Of a stretch of DNA of 64,000 nucleotides, positions 50,744-61,600 are shown in pieces; position 1 is the first letter of the stretch; each line of letters starts with the position of its first letter. This DNA comes from an uncultured Candidatus Saccharibacteria bacterium. Lineage in GTDB: Bacteria; Patescibacteriota; Dojkabacteria; SC72; JAFGCJ01. Under the pieces are notes generated by a model. It saw nothing but the letters and a program-made list of their open reading frames with translations. It was not told the origin of the DNA and did not search any database. The stretch is from assembly GCA_964481345.1 (NCBI GenBank), contig CAYZTC010000004.1, positions 5,731 to 69,730 on the forward strand. The letters are read 5' to 3'. A program made the translations under genes and the position numbers.

Positions 50744-53700
50744 ATGAAACTGCCACGACTTAAGAAGAATCTAGAATTCGTTATTCTTATTTCCATACCA
50801 CTACTTATTGTTGTTTCAACTGTTGTTATTATTGTGTCTATGCTTTATCTCTTTAAGGGGGAAGAAGGTATTGGAGCGGCTTATATTTCTGATACATTTG
50901 ATAATGAGGATTATCTAGATGGGGGTAATTCTTCCAATTATTTGGTGACTGGGGGACAGGTTAAAGTAAGTGCAGCAAGTTATAATTTTGGTACAGGAGA
51001 TGATGGTGCTTGTACTGTATCTGCTGATACAGACATTAACACTGGTACTTGTGTGGGTAGGGCAAATGGAGATGCTGTAAACTTTTCTTCTACTGCAAAC
51101 ACTTCGGCTGGAAGTAATACGATAGTACTTTCTTCAACACCAACAGGCTTGGCTGTCGATGATGAAGTTCTAATAATAAACCTTCAAGGCACCTCTGAAA
51201 ATTATAGTGATGTTGGAGAGTATGAGACTGCATATATTACGGAAATTAACTCAAATACGCTCACTTTAGATAGTAATTTAGTAAATGGGTATGATGGTAC
51301 AACTCAGAAGATAATGGTACAGAGAGTTCCTCAATACACGAGTGTGACAGTAAATGCTGATAAAAACTTTTATCCTTCTGACTGGGATGGTACCAAGGGT
51401 GGAGTATTGGCTTTTAAAGCTACGGGTACTGTAACTGTGACCGGCACGATACATGCCGATAGTAAGGGATTTCTTTTGGGTACAGGTGCACCACCATCTT
51501 CTGCTACTAGACCTACTGGAGGAGAAAGTCCTTTTGGGAGTGGTGGAAGCGGTGGATGTAATGCTTTTACGAATTGTATGATAGGTGAAGATGGTACTGC
51601 TGGAGGAGGAGGAGGAGGGAGCAGTTTATCCGGATTCAATGCTGGTGTAGGTGGGAGTGGTAGTGCTTCTCTAGGAGGAGGTGGTGGTGGTGGAGGAAGT
51701 GCATACGGAACTTGCGGTTGTTATGGAGGAGGAGGTGGTGGTGGTGGGTATGGTTCGGCAGGTGATGGAGGAGATGGCGAGCGCTCTTATGGGACTAGTG
51801 GAGTTGCAAGTAATAGTGGGGACGGAGGCGACGGAGCATATTGGGGAGCAGGAAATTGTGGTGGTTCAGGTGGTGGTGGTGGTGGTGGTGGGACATATGG
51901 TCAAGGAAGTCTCGATACTTTGTTTTTAGGTTCTGGTGGTGGAGGAGGAGGAAGTATGGCAGGAGGTTATACTGGAATGAATGGAGGAGATGGAGGAGGC
52001 GTGGTTATAATATTAGGAGACACAATTGATATTGATGGTGCGGTTTCTTCAAGTGGTGAGGTGGGTGTGAATTCAGGGGTCGGTAAAGGTTCAGGGGGAG
52101 GTGGTGGTTCTGGAGGGTCAGTATTAATTCAAGCAGACGTGGTAGATGTTGGGGCTTCGAAAATTGAAGCTAGTGGTGGCTTTGGAGGTTGTTGTGATGA
52201 CACGTGGGGACAAGCGGGTGGTGATGGTGGTCATGGAAGAGTAAGGGTAAAGTATGCTACATCACTGAGTGGCACAGTAAGTGCAAATTTTAAAGCTATG
52301 TCATCTGATAGTGGAATATATGGCTCTTCAGGGACATACTCTACTGCAAGAAGTACTGCCTCTTCCCACTATCCTACTTCACAAACATCTGTTCTTGGTC
52401 AACAATATTGTAATCCTGGAACATATTATATTTACAGAGATTTTACAAAATTTGACACTAGTTCAATTCCTAATGATGCAACAATAACTCAGGTTAATTT
52501 GAAATTAACGCCGGTATATCAATTGAGTGGTAATAATGTTAAGTTTGATGTCCAAATAGTAAAAGCAGATTGGTCTGCTTATGAGCCAATTACTTCGGGA
52601 AATAGAGATAGCGTTTTTGATTTAGCTCTTTCTGAGGACCTTGATAATAGCATTTGGAGAAATACTGATGGATTAGTATTAAATACCACTTATACAAGTG
52701 GAAATCTTGATACATCTTGGGTAAATAAAAGCGGTAGCACTTATTATGCTTTGGTGAGTAAAAACGATCGAGATAATACTGCACCTGGTTATGGGCTTGC
52801 TAATTACCAATATATTTATCCTGCAACAGCAGATCATGTTACCTCAAGTTATAGTTCCGTTCTTCAGGTTGAATATAGTGGATTACAACTTCCCGGATAT
52901 GGGGATAGTGGAACGATACAATCTGTAGATCTTATTTCGGGAGATAATAGTGCTGGTATTCAATCATTTGTTTATAATTTATCAGCAAAACCAGGAAGTA
53001 CTACCGCTACAGTCCAGTTTAGTACAGATGGGTCGAATTGGTACAACTCTTCAGGGGTACTGGGTGGTACTGACACATTAAGTACTGGTGTAGATAATAC
53101 AATCGATTTGTCCGGATTAAGTTGGGAGACACCTACTTTTTACTATAAAGTCGCTTTTGGGACGGATGGTGGTACGGCCACTCCAGTATTGGATGATATT
53201 ACTGTAAATTATGAATCTGCTCCTGGTGTACCGACTATTGGTGTTCCAACGGTGCTATCTCCCACATCAATAAGATGGAATTTTACTGATAATGCTACAA
53301 ATGAAGCTGGTTTTAAGTTATTTGATGGTGAGGATAATTTAATTGATACTGATGAAATTCAGGATCTTACATATATGGATGAGGCTGGTTTATCAGCTAA
53401 TACTCAGTACTCTCGTAAGGCTGCATCATATAATTACCTTGGAGATAGTGGTTTTTCTTCTACTGCAACGGTGTACACTTTGGCTAATACTCCTACACTT
53501 ACTGCTGGGGATATTAGTGTTTCTACAATTGCTTTGGATGCTGGAAATACTGCAAACTTAGCATCAGATTCATCAGGATTATATTTTGATTGTACTGGAG
53601 AGGGCTGTGATTCTGGAGTGAACGAGTGGATTCAGACTGCAAGTGATACTGCGACAGGACTTTCTGCAAATACACAATATACTTTTCAGACTAAGGCTAG

Positions 53701-56023
53701 AAATGGAGATTCAGTGGAAACAAACAATTCGTCGGAGTTATCAAAATATACCCTTGCTAATACTCCTACAATTTCGCTCGGTGATCTTACAACATCTTCG
53801 ATAGAGTTAGATGCTGGAAATACTGTAAACATTAGTTCCGATTCTTCTGGGTTGTACTTTGATTGTACTAGTGCAGGATGTGATACTGGAATAAATTCGT
53901 GGTTACAAACCACCGAAGATGTCGCTACTGGACTTTCGCCAAACACTCAGTATACTTTCCAGATAAAAGCTAGAAATGGAGATTCTACAGAGACCTCATA
54001 CTCTGATACTCAAAGTGTGTATACACATGCAAATGTTCCAGGTACGCCAGCAAAAGCTGATTCCACTCCTAGAATCCTGGATGTCACTCTGGATGTGAAC
54101 TCAAATCCATCAAGTACTGATTTTGTCCTTCAAGAAACTTCTACAGGTAAGTATGTAAATAAAGATAGTGGATTACTTCAAGTGGCACCTGATTGGGGAA
54201 CATATTCTGAATTTGTGTCTGGAGGGGTAGCCAGAGTAACTAGTCTGTCAGCTGGAACAACCTATCAGTTTAAAATGAAAGCAAGAAATGGTGACAACAT
54301 TGAAACTACCTTTGGCGCAAGTATAGCTGCAAAAACGAAAGTTATTATTACGAATATACCGGAAAGTCTTTCAGTAAATTTGCGGGGTAATCCAACTACA
54401 AATCTTACTACTGATGGAGTCGACTCAAATTCGTATGATTTGAGAGTAAAGAAAGATAATGTGTGGATTGCAGAAATACCAATAGATCTGACAGAGAATC
54501 GTGATTTTTCTGATATAGTAGCCTTGGCTGATGATGAAAATAGTAAGGCTGTTGTAAAGTTTACTGCATCACATGGGTTTACAGAAACATACGACATGTA
54601 CATTATGAAAGGAGATACTGATTATGTAAGAGTATGTCCAAGTTCCTTGACTCTGGCTCAAGTGACGATGGCTTGTACAAATGGGGTAGACTTTAATGGC
54701 CCTTATCCTCAAGTAAAGAATGTGGCTGGTACGAGTGTTACTGTAAGATCAGGGAGCGTTGGAGAGGTTGCATATTGGAAGGTGGAAGATCTTGAGGGGA
54801 CTGGTGCTATGGGAGTAGTAACTTCAGTTGAAGAGCAGGAAGAAGAGGAGGGGGAAGAGGATGAGGCTGATGATACTACCGATGAAGAAGAAGAATTTAT
54901 AGAGGATGGTCAAGAAGAAGAGGAAGAAGAGGAAAAAGAGACTGAAATAAATAGACCATCGTTGATATATCCTGAAAGTGGAGAGCAGAATGAACTTCAA
55001 AAGGTTGTAGCTACAGTATATGAGGCCGCCACGAGGGCAATTAGTACTGCAGTAAGGGAGATAGAGGATTTTGCAGAGGAAAATGAAAATGTGGCTGGAA
55101 CTATAGTTTTAGTACCTGCTGCTACATCTGCCACAGCAATTGCAGTAACTGGTGGTGCTACTCTTACTGATATTCCGTATAGAATTATGCAATTTATCCT
55201 CGGTTTGTTACAAAGTGTAGGGGTTGTTAAAGGGAAGAAGAAATACAAACCTTGGGGTGTAGTTTATAATTCAGTTACAAAAGAGCCTGTATCAAGTGCC
55301 GTTGTGAGACTGTTTTCTGGAGGTTTACTTATTTCGACTGAGGTTACAGATATCAAAGGTGTGTTTGCTTTTTCACCAAAGAAAGGTACTTATGAAATGA
55401 AGGTAAGCAAAGCAAGATACATCTTCCCATCTGAACTTGTGACTGGTAAGACTGATCTTCTTAGGAATTATATTTACAGAGGTGACAAGTATAAGGTTGC
55501 TAAAGATAAACAGGATCTATCTGTAAATATTCCAGTTGATCCTCAAGAAGTATCTCCTTCGGTTTCCTACTTGAGTCTAGTTGGAATGTATCTGGCAACG
55601 ATTATAGTTGCTTTAAATCCGATATTTATACTTGTTGGAATAACAATGTCATCTGCACTATATAGTCTTACAGGTAAGGTACTAAACTTGGTGATAATTG
55701 GAGTGTATTTGTTGATACTTCTTTTTCAGTTGATAGATAGTATAAGAAGAAGAACTGGTTGGGGAATTGTAAGGGATGACAAGGGTAAAAGGTTGGGTGG
55801 GGTAAAAGTAGGCATTTATGATAAGAAGTACAACAAGCTTATAGATGTAAGGGTTACTGATAATAAGGGTAGGTTTAGATTTATTCTTCCCGAAGATGAA
55901 TATGTTATTAAGCCTTATAAGTCAAAGTATGGACTTACGGGGAAGCAGAGGTCTGGTGTAAAGATCAGAAAAAAGGGAGAAGGGGTATTCTTGGTTGTTG
56001 CAAACATAACGGTTAAAAAGTAG
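50744..56023 (+). CDS. giant (1759 aa) cell-surface protein: poly-Gly/beta-helix-like region, FN3-like repeats, acidic tract, C-terminal multi-TM region interleaved with CarboxypepD_reg-like domains
   Basis: - N-terminal signal-anchor.
- ~230-aa Gly-rich segment (GGGGGGS runs).
- Three tandem ~95-aa repeats (...LDAGNT.N..SDSSGLYFDCT..GCD.G.N.W.QT..D.ATGLS.NTQYTFQ.KARNGDS.ET).
- Acidic tract EEQEEEEGEEDEADDTTDEEEEF...EEEEEEEKE.
- At least three TM helices alternating with GVVYNSVTKEPVSSAVVRLF.../GWGIVRDDKGKRLGGVKVGIYD... beta-sandwich (CarboxypepD_reg-like) segments. Confidence 0.7.
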   Translation: MKLPRLKKNLEFVILISIPLLIVVSTVVIIVSMLYLFKGEEGIGAAYISDTFDNEDYLDGGNSSNYLVTGGQVKVSAASYNFGTGDDGACTVSADTDINTGTCVGRANGDAVNFSSTANTSAGSNTIVLSSTPTGLAVDDEVLIINLQGTSENYSDVGEYETAYITEINSNTLTLDSNLVNGYDGTTQKIMVQRVPQYTSVTVNADKNFYPSDWDGTKGGVLAFKATGTVTVTGTIHADSKGFLLGTGAPPSSATRPTGGESPFGSGGSGGCNAFTNCMIGEDGTAGGGGGGSSLSGFNAGVGGSGSASLGGGGGGGGSAYGTCGCYGGGGGGGGYGSAGDGGDGERSYGTSGVASNSGDGGDGAYWGAGNCGGSGGGGGGGGTYGQGSLDTLFLGSGGGGGGSMAGGYTGMNGGDGGGVVIILGDTIDIDGAVSSSGEVGVNSGVGKGSGGGGGSGGSVLIQADVVDVGASKIEASGGFGGCCDDTWGQAGGDGGHGRVRVKYATSLSGTVSANFKAMSSDSGIYGSSGTYSTARSTASSHYPTSQTSVLGQQYCNPGTYYIYRDFTKFDTSSIPNDATITQVNLKLTPVYQLSGNNVKFDVQIVKADWSAYEPITSGNRDSVFDLALSEDLDNSIWRNTDGLVLNTTYTSGNLDTSWVNKSGSTYYALVSKNDRDNTAPGYGLANYQYIYPATADHVTSSYSSVLQVEYSGLQLPGYGDSGTIQSVDLISGDNSAGIQSFVYNLSAKPGSTTATVQFSTDGSNWYNSSGVLGGTDTLSTGVDNTIDLSGLSWETPTFYYKVAFGTDGGTATPVLDDITVNYESAPGVPTIGVPTVLSPTSIRWNFTDNATNEAGFKLFDGEDNLIDTDEIQDLTYMDEAGLSANTQYSRKAASYNYLGDSGFSSTATVYTLANTPTLTAGDISVSTIALDAGNTANLASDSSGLYFDCTGEGCDSGVNEWIQTASDTATGLSANTQYTFQTKARNGDSVETNNSSELSKYTLANTPTISLGDLTTSSIELDAGNTVNISSDSSGLYFDCTSAGCDTGINSWLQTTEDVATGLSPNTQYTFQIKARNGDSTETSYSDTQSVYTHANVPGTPAKADSTPRILDVTLDVNSNPSSTDFVLQETSTGKYVNKDSGLLQVAPDWGTYSEFVSGGVARVTSLSAGTTYQFKMKARNGDNIETTFGASIAAKTKVIITNIPESLSVNLRGNPTTNLTTDGVDSNSYDLRVKKDNVWIAEIPIDLTENRDFSDIVALADDENSKAVVKFTASHGFTETYDMYIMKGDTDYVRVCPSSLTLAQVTMACTNGVDFNGPYPQVKNVAGTSVTVRSGSVGEVAYWKVEDLEGTGAMGVVTSVEEQEEEEGEEDEADDTTDEEEEFIEDGQEEEEEEEKETEINRPSLIYPESGEQNELQKVVATVYEAATRAISTAVREIEDFAEENENVAGTIVLVPAATSATAIAVTGGATLTDIPYRIMQFILGLLQSVGVVKGKKKYKPWGVVYNSVTKEPVSSAVVRLFSGGLLISTEVTDIKGVFAFSPKKGTYEMKVSKARYIFPSELVTGKTDLLRNYIYRGDKYKVAKDKQDLSVNIPVDPQEVSPSVSYLSLVGMYLATIIVALNPIFILVGITMSSALYSLTGKVLNLVIIGVYLLILLFQLIDSIRRRTGWGIVRDDKGKRLGGVKVGIYDKKYNKLIDVRVTDNKGRFRFILPEDEYVIKPYKSKYGLTGKQRSGVKIRKKGEGVFLVVANITVKK
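51590..52170 (+). repeat. GGN triplet simple-sequence repeats encoding the poly-Gly tracts, including (GGT)7 at 51869-51889
   Basis: Runs such as ggaggaggtggtggtggtggagga (51674-51697) and ggtggtggtggtggtggtggt (51869-51889). They also create the spurious W/V/P-rich alternative-frame ORFs in the track. Confidence 0.8.
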
Positions 56024-56073
56024 TAATAGTTTCATGTTCAAGATCACTTTGTAATGTGTTATTATAGTTTTTA

Positions 56074-56484
56074 ATGCCAAAGCCAAAAACGAAGAAACCC
56101 GCCAAAGGCGGAAAAAAGGAAATATCAGTAAAGGATAAGAAAATAAAAGCGGTTAAGCTTGTATGTCCCAACTGTGGAGAAGAGGAAACAAGGGTTATAT
56201 ATTGTGATAAGTGTGATACTCCCCTTGAGGTTGTGGAGGTGATGGATATGGATAAGAATGAGGCAAAGGGGAATGCAGGGGTGGTCCATGACAATAACAA
56301 AGATAAACAAGAAGATGAACAAGTAACAGAAAGCGATCTTGTGGGTCCAGATGAAGGCAATGTTATGTCTGATGGTATAGGTGAGATATTTCCAGGAGAT
56401 AAAAGTGTTGATTCAATTGCAGATGACGAGGTGGAGGGTTTTGAGAATTTTGAGGATGTAGTAAATGCTCTAGGTGAAGAATAA
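56074..56484 (+). CDS. hypothetical zinc-ribbon protein with basic N-terminus and acidic C-terminal tail
   Basis: CPNCGEEETRVIYCDKCDTPLE (C-x2-C...C-x2-C). Lys-rich N-terminus, Asp/Glu-rich C-terminus. Confidence 0.4.
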   Translation: MPKPKTKKPAKGGKKEISVKDKKIKAVKLVCPNCGEEETRVIYCDKCDTPLEVVEVMDMDKNEAKGNAGVVHDNNKDKQEDEQVTESDLVGPDEGNVMSDGIGEIFPGDKSVDSIADDEVEGFENFEDVVNALGEE

Positions 56485-56492
56485 TTGCTAAT

Positions 56493-56798
56493 CTACATTA
56501 AGTGGATAGCTCTGTTTTGTAATACCACTCCGCATGTGAATGAGTCGTCTGCAAGATATTTGTTATTGTAATTATCAGTTTGTAAGTCTTTTACTATTTT
56601 TCCTGCTCTAATAACCCATACCTTAATCCTTTTGTCATATTCTCTTGTGTTTAGTTCTGTAATATACTTTTCTAGTTCTTTCCCAAAGAATTTTGCCCTC
56701 TTGTGATTTTTCTTCAACACAAAATTTCCTATTATGGATAAGTTTGTGGTCATATCTAAAACTAATGATTTTGTATCTAATGTTTTTAGGTCTACCAT
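56493..56798 (-). CDS. hypothetical protein
   Basis: 101-aa ORF convergent with the zinc-ribbon gene. No recognisable motif. Confidence 0.3.
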   Translation of the reverse strand: MVDLKTLDTKSLVLDMTTNLSIIGNFVLKKNHKRAKFFGKELEKYITELNTREYDKRIKVWVIRAGKIVKDLQTDNYNNKYLADDSFTCGVVLQNRAIHLM

Positions 56799-56834
56799 CC
56801 TAGGTTCTTATAATATGAAGAGTAAACATTCTCA

Positions 56835-56908
56835 TGGACTCTACTGGGATCGAACCAGTGACCTCACGAATGTGAATCGTGTGCTCTAACCAGCTGAGCT
56901 AAGAGTCC
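56835..56908 (-). tRNA. tRNA-Val (anticodon CAC)
   Basis: Reverse complement GGACTCTTAGCTCAGCTGGTTAGAGCACACGATTCACATTCGTGAGGTCACTGGTTCGATCCCAGTAGAGTCCA. 7-bp acceptor stem, D-arm GCTC/GAGC, anticodon stem CACGA/TCGTG with loop TTCACAT, T-arm ACTGG-TTCGATC-CCAGT, discriminator A. CCA is not encoded. Confidence 0.8.
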
Positions 56909-57269
56909 CTTACTTCTCTTATGATTATACCTTATTCATTAAATCTTCTTTAAGTTAAGGCCAGGCCTTTGGGCCTGAAATAGACGAATTTTTACTCTTA
57001 TGTGAAGATATATGCCTGATTTTTCAGAAATAGAACTTTATAATATGTGTTTACCTTTATGAGTCCATTTTTGCCCTTCCGAACCCTGGTAGGGGTAGGA
57101 GGATACGACCCAGGTGAATTGAATTTTTTAAAATAGATAACTCAAATACTGAGAACGTAGAGTAAAAAGAAAGAAAGAACTGTAGGAAGTTGCTACAGGA
57201 AGCCGTTGATACTTTGGGAAAGATAATGTAACATAAAAGTGCTTCATTTAAACTTTATTCACCTAAAAC

Positions 57270-58382
57270 ATGTCGATTAGAGAGCTTTTCTCTCGTAAAA
57301 AGTTACTTACATTAGGTAAATGGATAGGGGTGATATTAGTTGTCGGAATCGGTTCATATTTAGTATGGAGGGTCTATCAGGAGAAACAAAAAGAAGAAGA
57401 GAATGTTGAAGAGCCAACAGTAGAGGAGCCAGTGATAGAAGAACCAGAGGAGGAAGAAATTCCCAAAGAAGTATTAAAAGGGTTTTGGGTACCACATGTA
57501 GGTGGAGATACTCACCGCCCACCGTTTGAGACGGTCGCCCCTTGGGCAAAAGATCATGGAGCAGACACTTTTCTTTATCCAGTTTTATATAACCCTCGGG
57601 CATCAGTTGATGAACAACTTCCTTGGGGGAGGAGAGGAAATATTGAAGAGACAATTCAAGCAGCACAAGCTGAAGGGCTGGAGGTGTGGGTTGCAATAGC
57701 TCCTGTTGGTGGTGAAAGACCGCTGTTAGATGAGATAGATTTAGAGGGATTGAATGATTACATTATTGAAATAGCTAAGATTGCAGAGACAAACAACGTA
57801 GAATATTTTGAGCCTTTTTGTGAGCCCTCAGGGATGTTTCGGGATTTCTGGCCGTATGTACCGCCATATAACGAAGGAAGAGAGAATGAAAAGTTGACAG
57901 AGGAACCAGCTGTCAATGAATGGGCACAGGAGATCCTTTCTGAAGTTAGGAAGGTCTACACTGGGGTGGTAGTCTACGAAGACGATTCATCTCCATTTCT
58001 TTATTATACGCAGTTTGGTGAGTGCCCAATTGATTTCTCTGGATATGATTACCTTGCTTTCGGCATTACTCCTAGAGAGGTTACAACAATAGAAGAGTAT
58101 CCAGAATTTGTAGAGGACTTCTTTGATGCAACCCTTGCCATGGCTGAACGTGACGGTATAAAGAAGGTGATGGTTAGAGAATTTGGTATTTGGGAATGGA
58201 ATGAGGATGAACATAGTGATGAGGAGGTTTTGGAAGCCCACAAAATAGTCTTGGAAAAATTCCAGGAGAAGAATCTGGATGGAATTTTTGTACTTGTTCC
58301 ACCAGAATGGGGAGAGCTGGCAGGGTTTGATGAAACGACCATAAAAGATCTGATTGAGGAGTGGTATAAGGAGATTTTGTAG
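57270..58382 (+). CDS. membrane-anchored putative clan GH-A (GH5-like TIM-barrel) glycoside hydrolase with acidic linker
   Basis: N-terminal TM helix. Glu-rich linker EEPTVEEPVIEEPEEEEIPKE. NEP-like acid/base region NNVEYFEPFCEP and nucleophile-like VMVREFGIWEW. Confidence 0.45.
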   Translation: MSIRELFSRKKLLTLGKWIGVILVVGIGSYLVWRVYQEKQKEEENVEEPTVEEPVIEEPEEEEIPKEVLKGFWVPHVGGDTHRPPFETVAPWAKDHGADTFLYPVLYNPRASVDEQLPWGRRGNIEETIQAAQAEGLEVWVAIAPVGGERPLLDEIDLEGLNDYIIEIAKIAETNNVEYFEPFCEPSGMFRDFWPYVPPYNEGRENEKLTEEPAVNEWAQEILSEVRKVYTGVVVYEDDSSPFLYYTQFGECPIDFSGYDYLAFGITPREVTTIEEYPEFVEDFFDATLAMAERDGIKKVMVREFGIWEWNEDEHSDEEVLEAHKIVLEKFQEKNLDGIFVLVPPEWGELAGFDETTIKDLIEEWYKEIL

Positions 58383-58621
58383 TAATAGGGCATTTTTTCA
58401 TTCCAGTGGAAGAAGTAAATCTTGAAAAGGTCTTTAGAGATGAGTATGTCGATTATAAAAAGAAGGTAAGGAGATGGATGTAGAGTTATGAATCTTGCAT
58501 TGATAGATTTCAATTATTTGATAGTATTGATTTTTAGCATTGTTATAGTGTAGAATCCCTTTATTAATGAAATTGTCATTAAATATTTCTGCCCCAAGAA
58601 TAAATTTATTCTGGTCTCACA

Positions 58622-61600
58622 ATGACTCCTAGAAGATCTAGTTTTTCATATAGGTTTTTTTCTGTCTTTACAGGCCTAATGTTACTTTTTCAGTATTTCT
58701 TTCCCATTGTTGGTTTAGCAGGAATTGATGAGGTAAATGCTGCCGCATCTATTAACACTGACAAAAGTGAGTATTCTAGAGGAGATCAAGTTTCTGTTAC
58801 TACGGGAGGGTTATCTGGAAATAAATATTACAAAATCAGGATAAAGAATGCTAATAACAGTACTACTGACATTACTAGTTGCATTAGAGGTAATAAAACG
58901 GTTGCAGGTAAATATAATATCTCTGATTCCGATCCGCTTGGCAGCTGGTCAGCAGAACTTCGTCAGTGTGGTTTCTTCGGAGACTCAACGGTTGCAACTG
59001 CTCCTTTTACAGTTAGTGAGACAACAGTACCACCTGTTCCAAATCCTACACTTCCAAACTCCTGTGGAGTGGATATGGCACTTGTAATAGACAACTCAAC
59101 AAGCATTAGTTCCTCAGAGTTGGCGCAAATGAAAACTGCAATGATTGCTTTTGTAAACGCTTTTGCAGGTACGCCAACACAATTTTCTGTAACAAGTTTT
59201 GCTACAACTGCAACTATAAGACAGGGATTTACAGGTAATACTGCTGCTGTGATTAGTGCAATCAATTCTATTCCAGTTGGTGGAGGTTATACAAATTGGG
59301 AAGATGGATTAATCAAGGCGCAAAGTACATATGATCCAAGAGTAAATCCCAATTTAATGGTATTTTCATCTGATGGAAATCCAAACAGAGTAGATGATGG
59401 AACTTCTGCTACTGAGGCTCAAGCGGTAGCTGAGGCAGTGCTTGTTGCGAATGCGATTAAAACTGGTGGTACCAGAATTCTAGCACTAGGAATCGGGGAT
59501 AACCTCAAGGTAGCAAACCTGCAAGCAATTTCAGGTCCAAACGTGAATACTGGTATTACCTCAGATGTCATCACTTCCAATTTTTCTCAGTTAGCAGACG
59601 ATCTTGCATACTTAGCGTCTTTGCTTTGTGGTGGCACTATCACTGTTAGCAAATTTATCAATGATTTAAATACACCTGCTGGTACCGGATGGAATTTTGA
59701 TGTTGCTGGACAAGCTGTTTCTACGGACTCGTATGGTCAGACTCCTGCTGTTGATGTAGATCCTGGAACATATAATGTTATTGAGCCTTCAGTCAATCCT
59801 GGGCATATATTTGGTTCTGCAGGCTGTAAATATCAAGATGGAAGTCAAGCAGGAACACCTAGTACCACTTTTGATGGTGTAGAAAATATTGATGTTGATC
59901 ATACTGATATTGTAAGTTGTAGTTTTATAAATATTGAAAAGGGTGAAATCTTAGGTGTTAAGTGGAATGACCTAGATGGGGATGGTGTAAAGGATGGGGG
60001 TGAGCCTACGCTTTCAGGATGGGATATAAATATTCTTGATGCTACTGGGGCACCTTATGATAGTATTATTACTGATTCAGATGGTGAGTATTCATTTACT
60101 GGTCTGGATCCGAGTGACTATACAGTATGTGAGGTTATGAAGGATGGATGGGAAAGGACATATCCTGCTGGTTCAAATTGTCAAAATGTGTCAGTTGGTG
60201 CAGGGCAGGTTGTTCCTGGTGTGAATTTTGGTAATAGAGGAGCTTTGAGTATTTCTGGTACAAAGTATGAATATATGGTAGGTCCTTTGAATGGTTGGGA
60301 GATCAATCTTACAGGTACTACCGATTATGGAAGAAGTGTAGATATGACTATGGATACAGCAGGAAGTGGTGAGTATCTCTTTGATCATCTTGAACCAGGT
60401 AATTATGTTGTATCAGAGGAAGACAGGGCGGGTTGGGTACATTTGGATGGAGACAGTGTGCCGGTTAATCTTGTAAATGTGGATGAGTATGTAGATTTCA
60501 CAAACTTTGAGTGTGCTACTCTATCGGGATTCAAATGGGAAGATATGAATGGTGATGGGCTTCCAAATGGTGAACCTGCTCTTCAGGGGGTACAAATAGA
60601 GATTAATGGACCAGAAAGTTCTAATGATTCTGATAATACAGATGAAAATGGGTACTACGAGTTTGAGGTATGTATTCCAGGGACATATGTTGTGACAGAA
60701 GTTCTTGATCCTGGTTGGTACAATGTTTACCCTGTTAATCATCAGCACTCTAGAGACGTTGTAAGTGGGAGTAATTATCCTGAACTTAATTTTGGAAATG
60801 CGAGATACGGGATGATCTTTGGGATGAAATTTGGTGACCTCAATGGAAATGGTATTCAAGACGGAGTTGAAACTGGACTTGGTGGATGGGATATTGAACT
60901 TCAAGATGAATTTGGAAATGTATTAGCAACAACGACTACTGCAGGTGATGGTAGTTATAGCTTTGAATATAATTCTGTTAATCCTGTTAATTTACTTGCT
61001 GGTGAATTATATTTCTTAAGAGAAAAGATTGAGGATCAGCCTGGGTGGATTCAAACATATGGTCCTTCTTCACCTTTCAGTATGGAAAGTGGTGATGTAT
61101 ATGGTGATGATATTGAGGAGGTCTCAGATTTTGGAAACTTTGAGAATGTTGATGTCACTGTGTGCAAATATGAAGATATGAATGGAGATGGGGTTATTGA
61201 TGGAGATGGGTTATTAATGGATCCTTGGGGAATCAGTCTTAATGGAAGTGATTATGTGTATACTTCTGATGGATGCGTGACGTTTAGTGATATAGGACCT
61301 GGAAGCTACGTACTGTCTGAGGAAAGTAAATCCGGTTGGGTACAAACATATCCAGGGTCAGGAATACACGAATTTGATACGATTTCTGGCAATAATCCAA
61401 CCTTCGATTTTGGAAACTATCAACATGCTTCTATCACCGTGAATAAAAACGTCTTTGCATCTGACATGGAAGATATTTCAGATAACAGTTTGTTCGAAGT
61501 TACAGTTTCTGACCTTGGATCGCTACCTTTAGCTGAGAATAATTCAGCCGTTTATAGCGATATAGCTCCTGGTGAATATACCATTTCTGAGACATCAATT

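Noticed and set aside
51370-52029. Alternative-frame ORFs encoding poly-Pro, poly-Val and poly-Trp/Arg peptides (51370..51639 -, 51681..51929 +, 51841..52029 +)
   Set aside because: They are frame artefacts of the GGN microsatellites encoding the poly-Gly tract of the 50744..56023 protein, not independent genes.
51590-52170. Short regularly spaced repeats in the Gly-coding region as a possible CRISPR array
   Set aside because: The repeats are trinucleotide microsatellites within a continuous ORF, not 25-40-bp repeats with unique spacers. No cas genes are present.
56962-56977. GC hairpin caggcc-tttg-ggcctg as a rho-independent terminator
   Set aside because: No U-tract follows on either strand. 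It lies upstream, not downstream, of the minus-strand tRNA. Kept only as a possible structural element.
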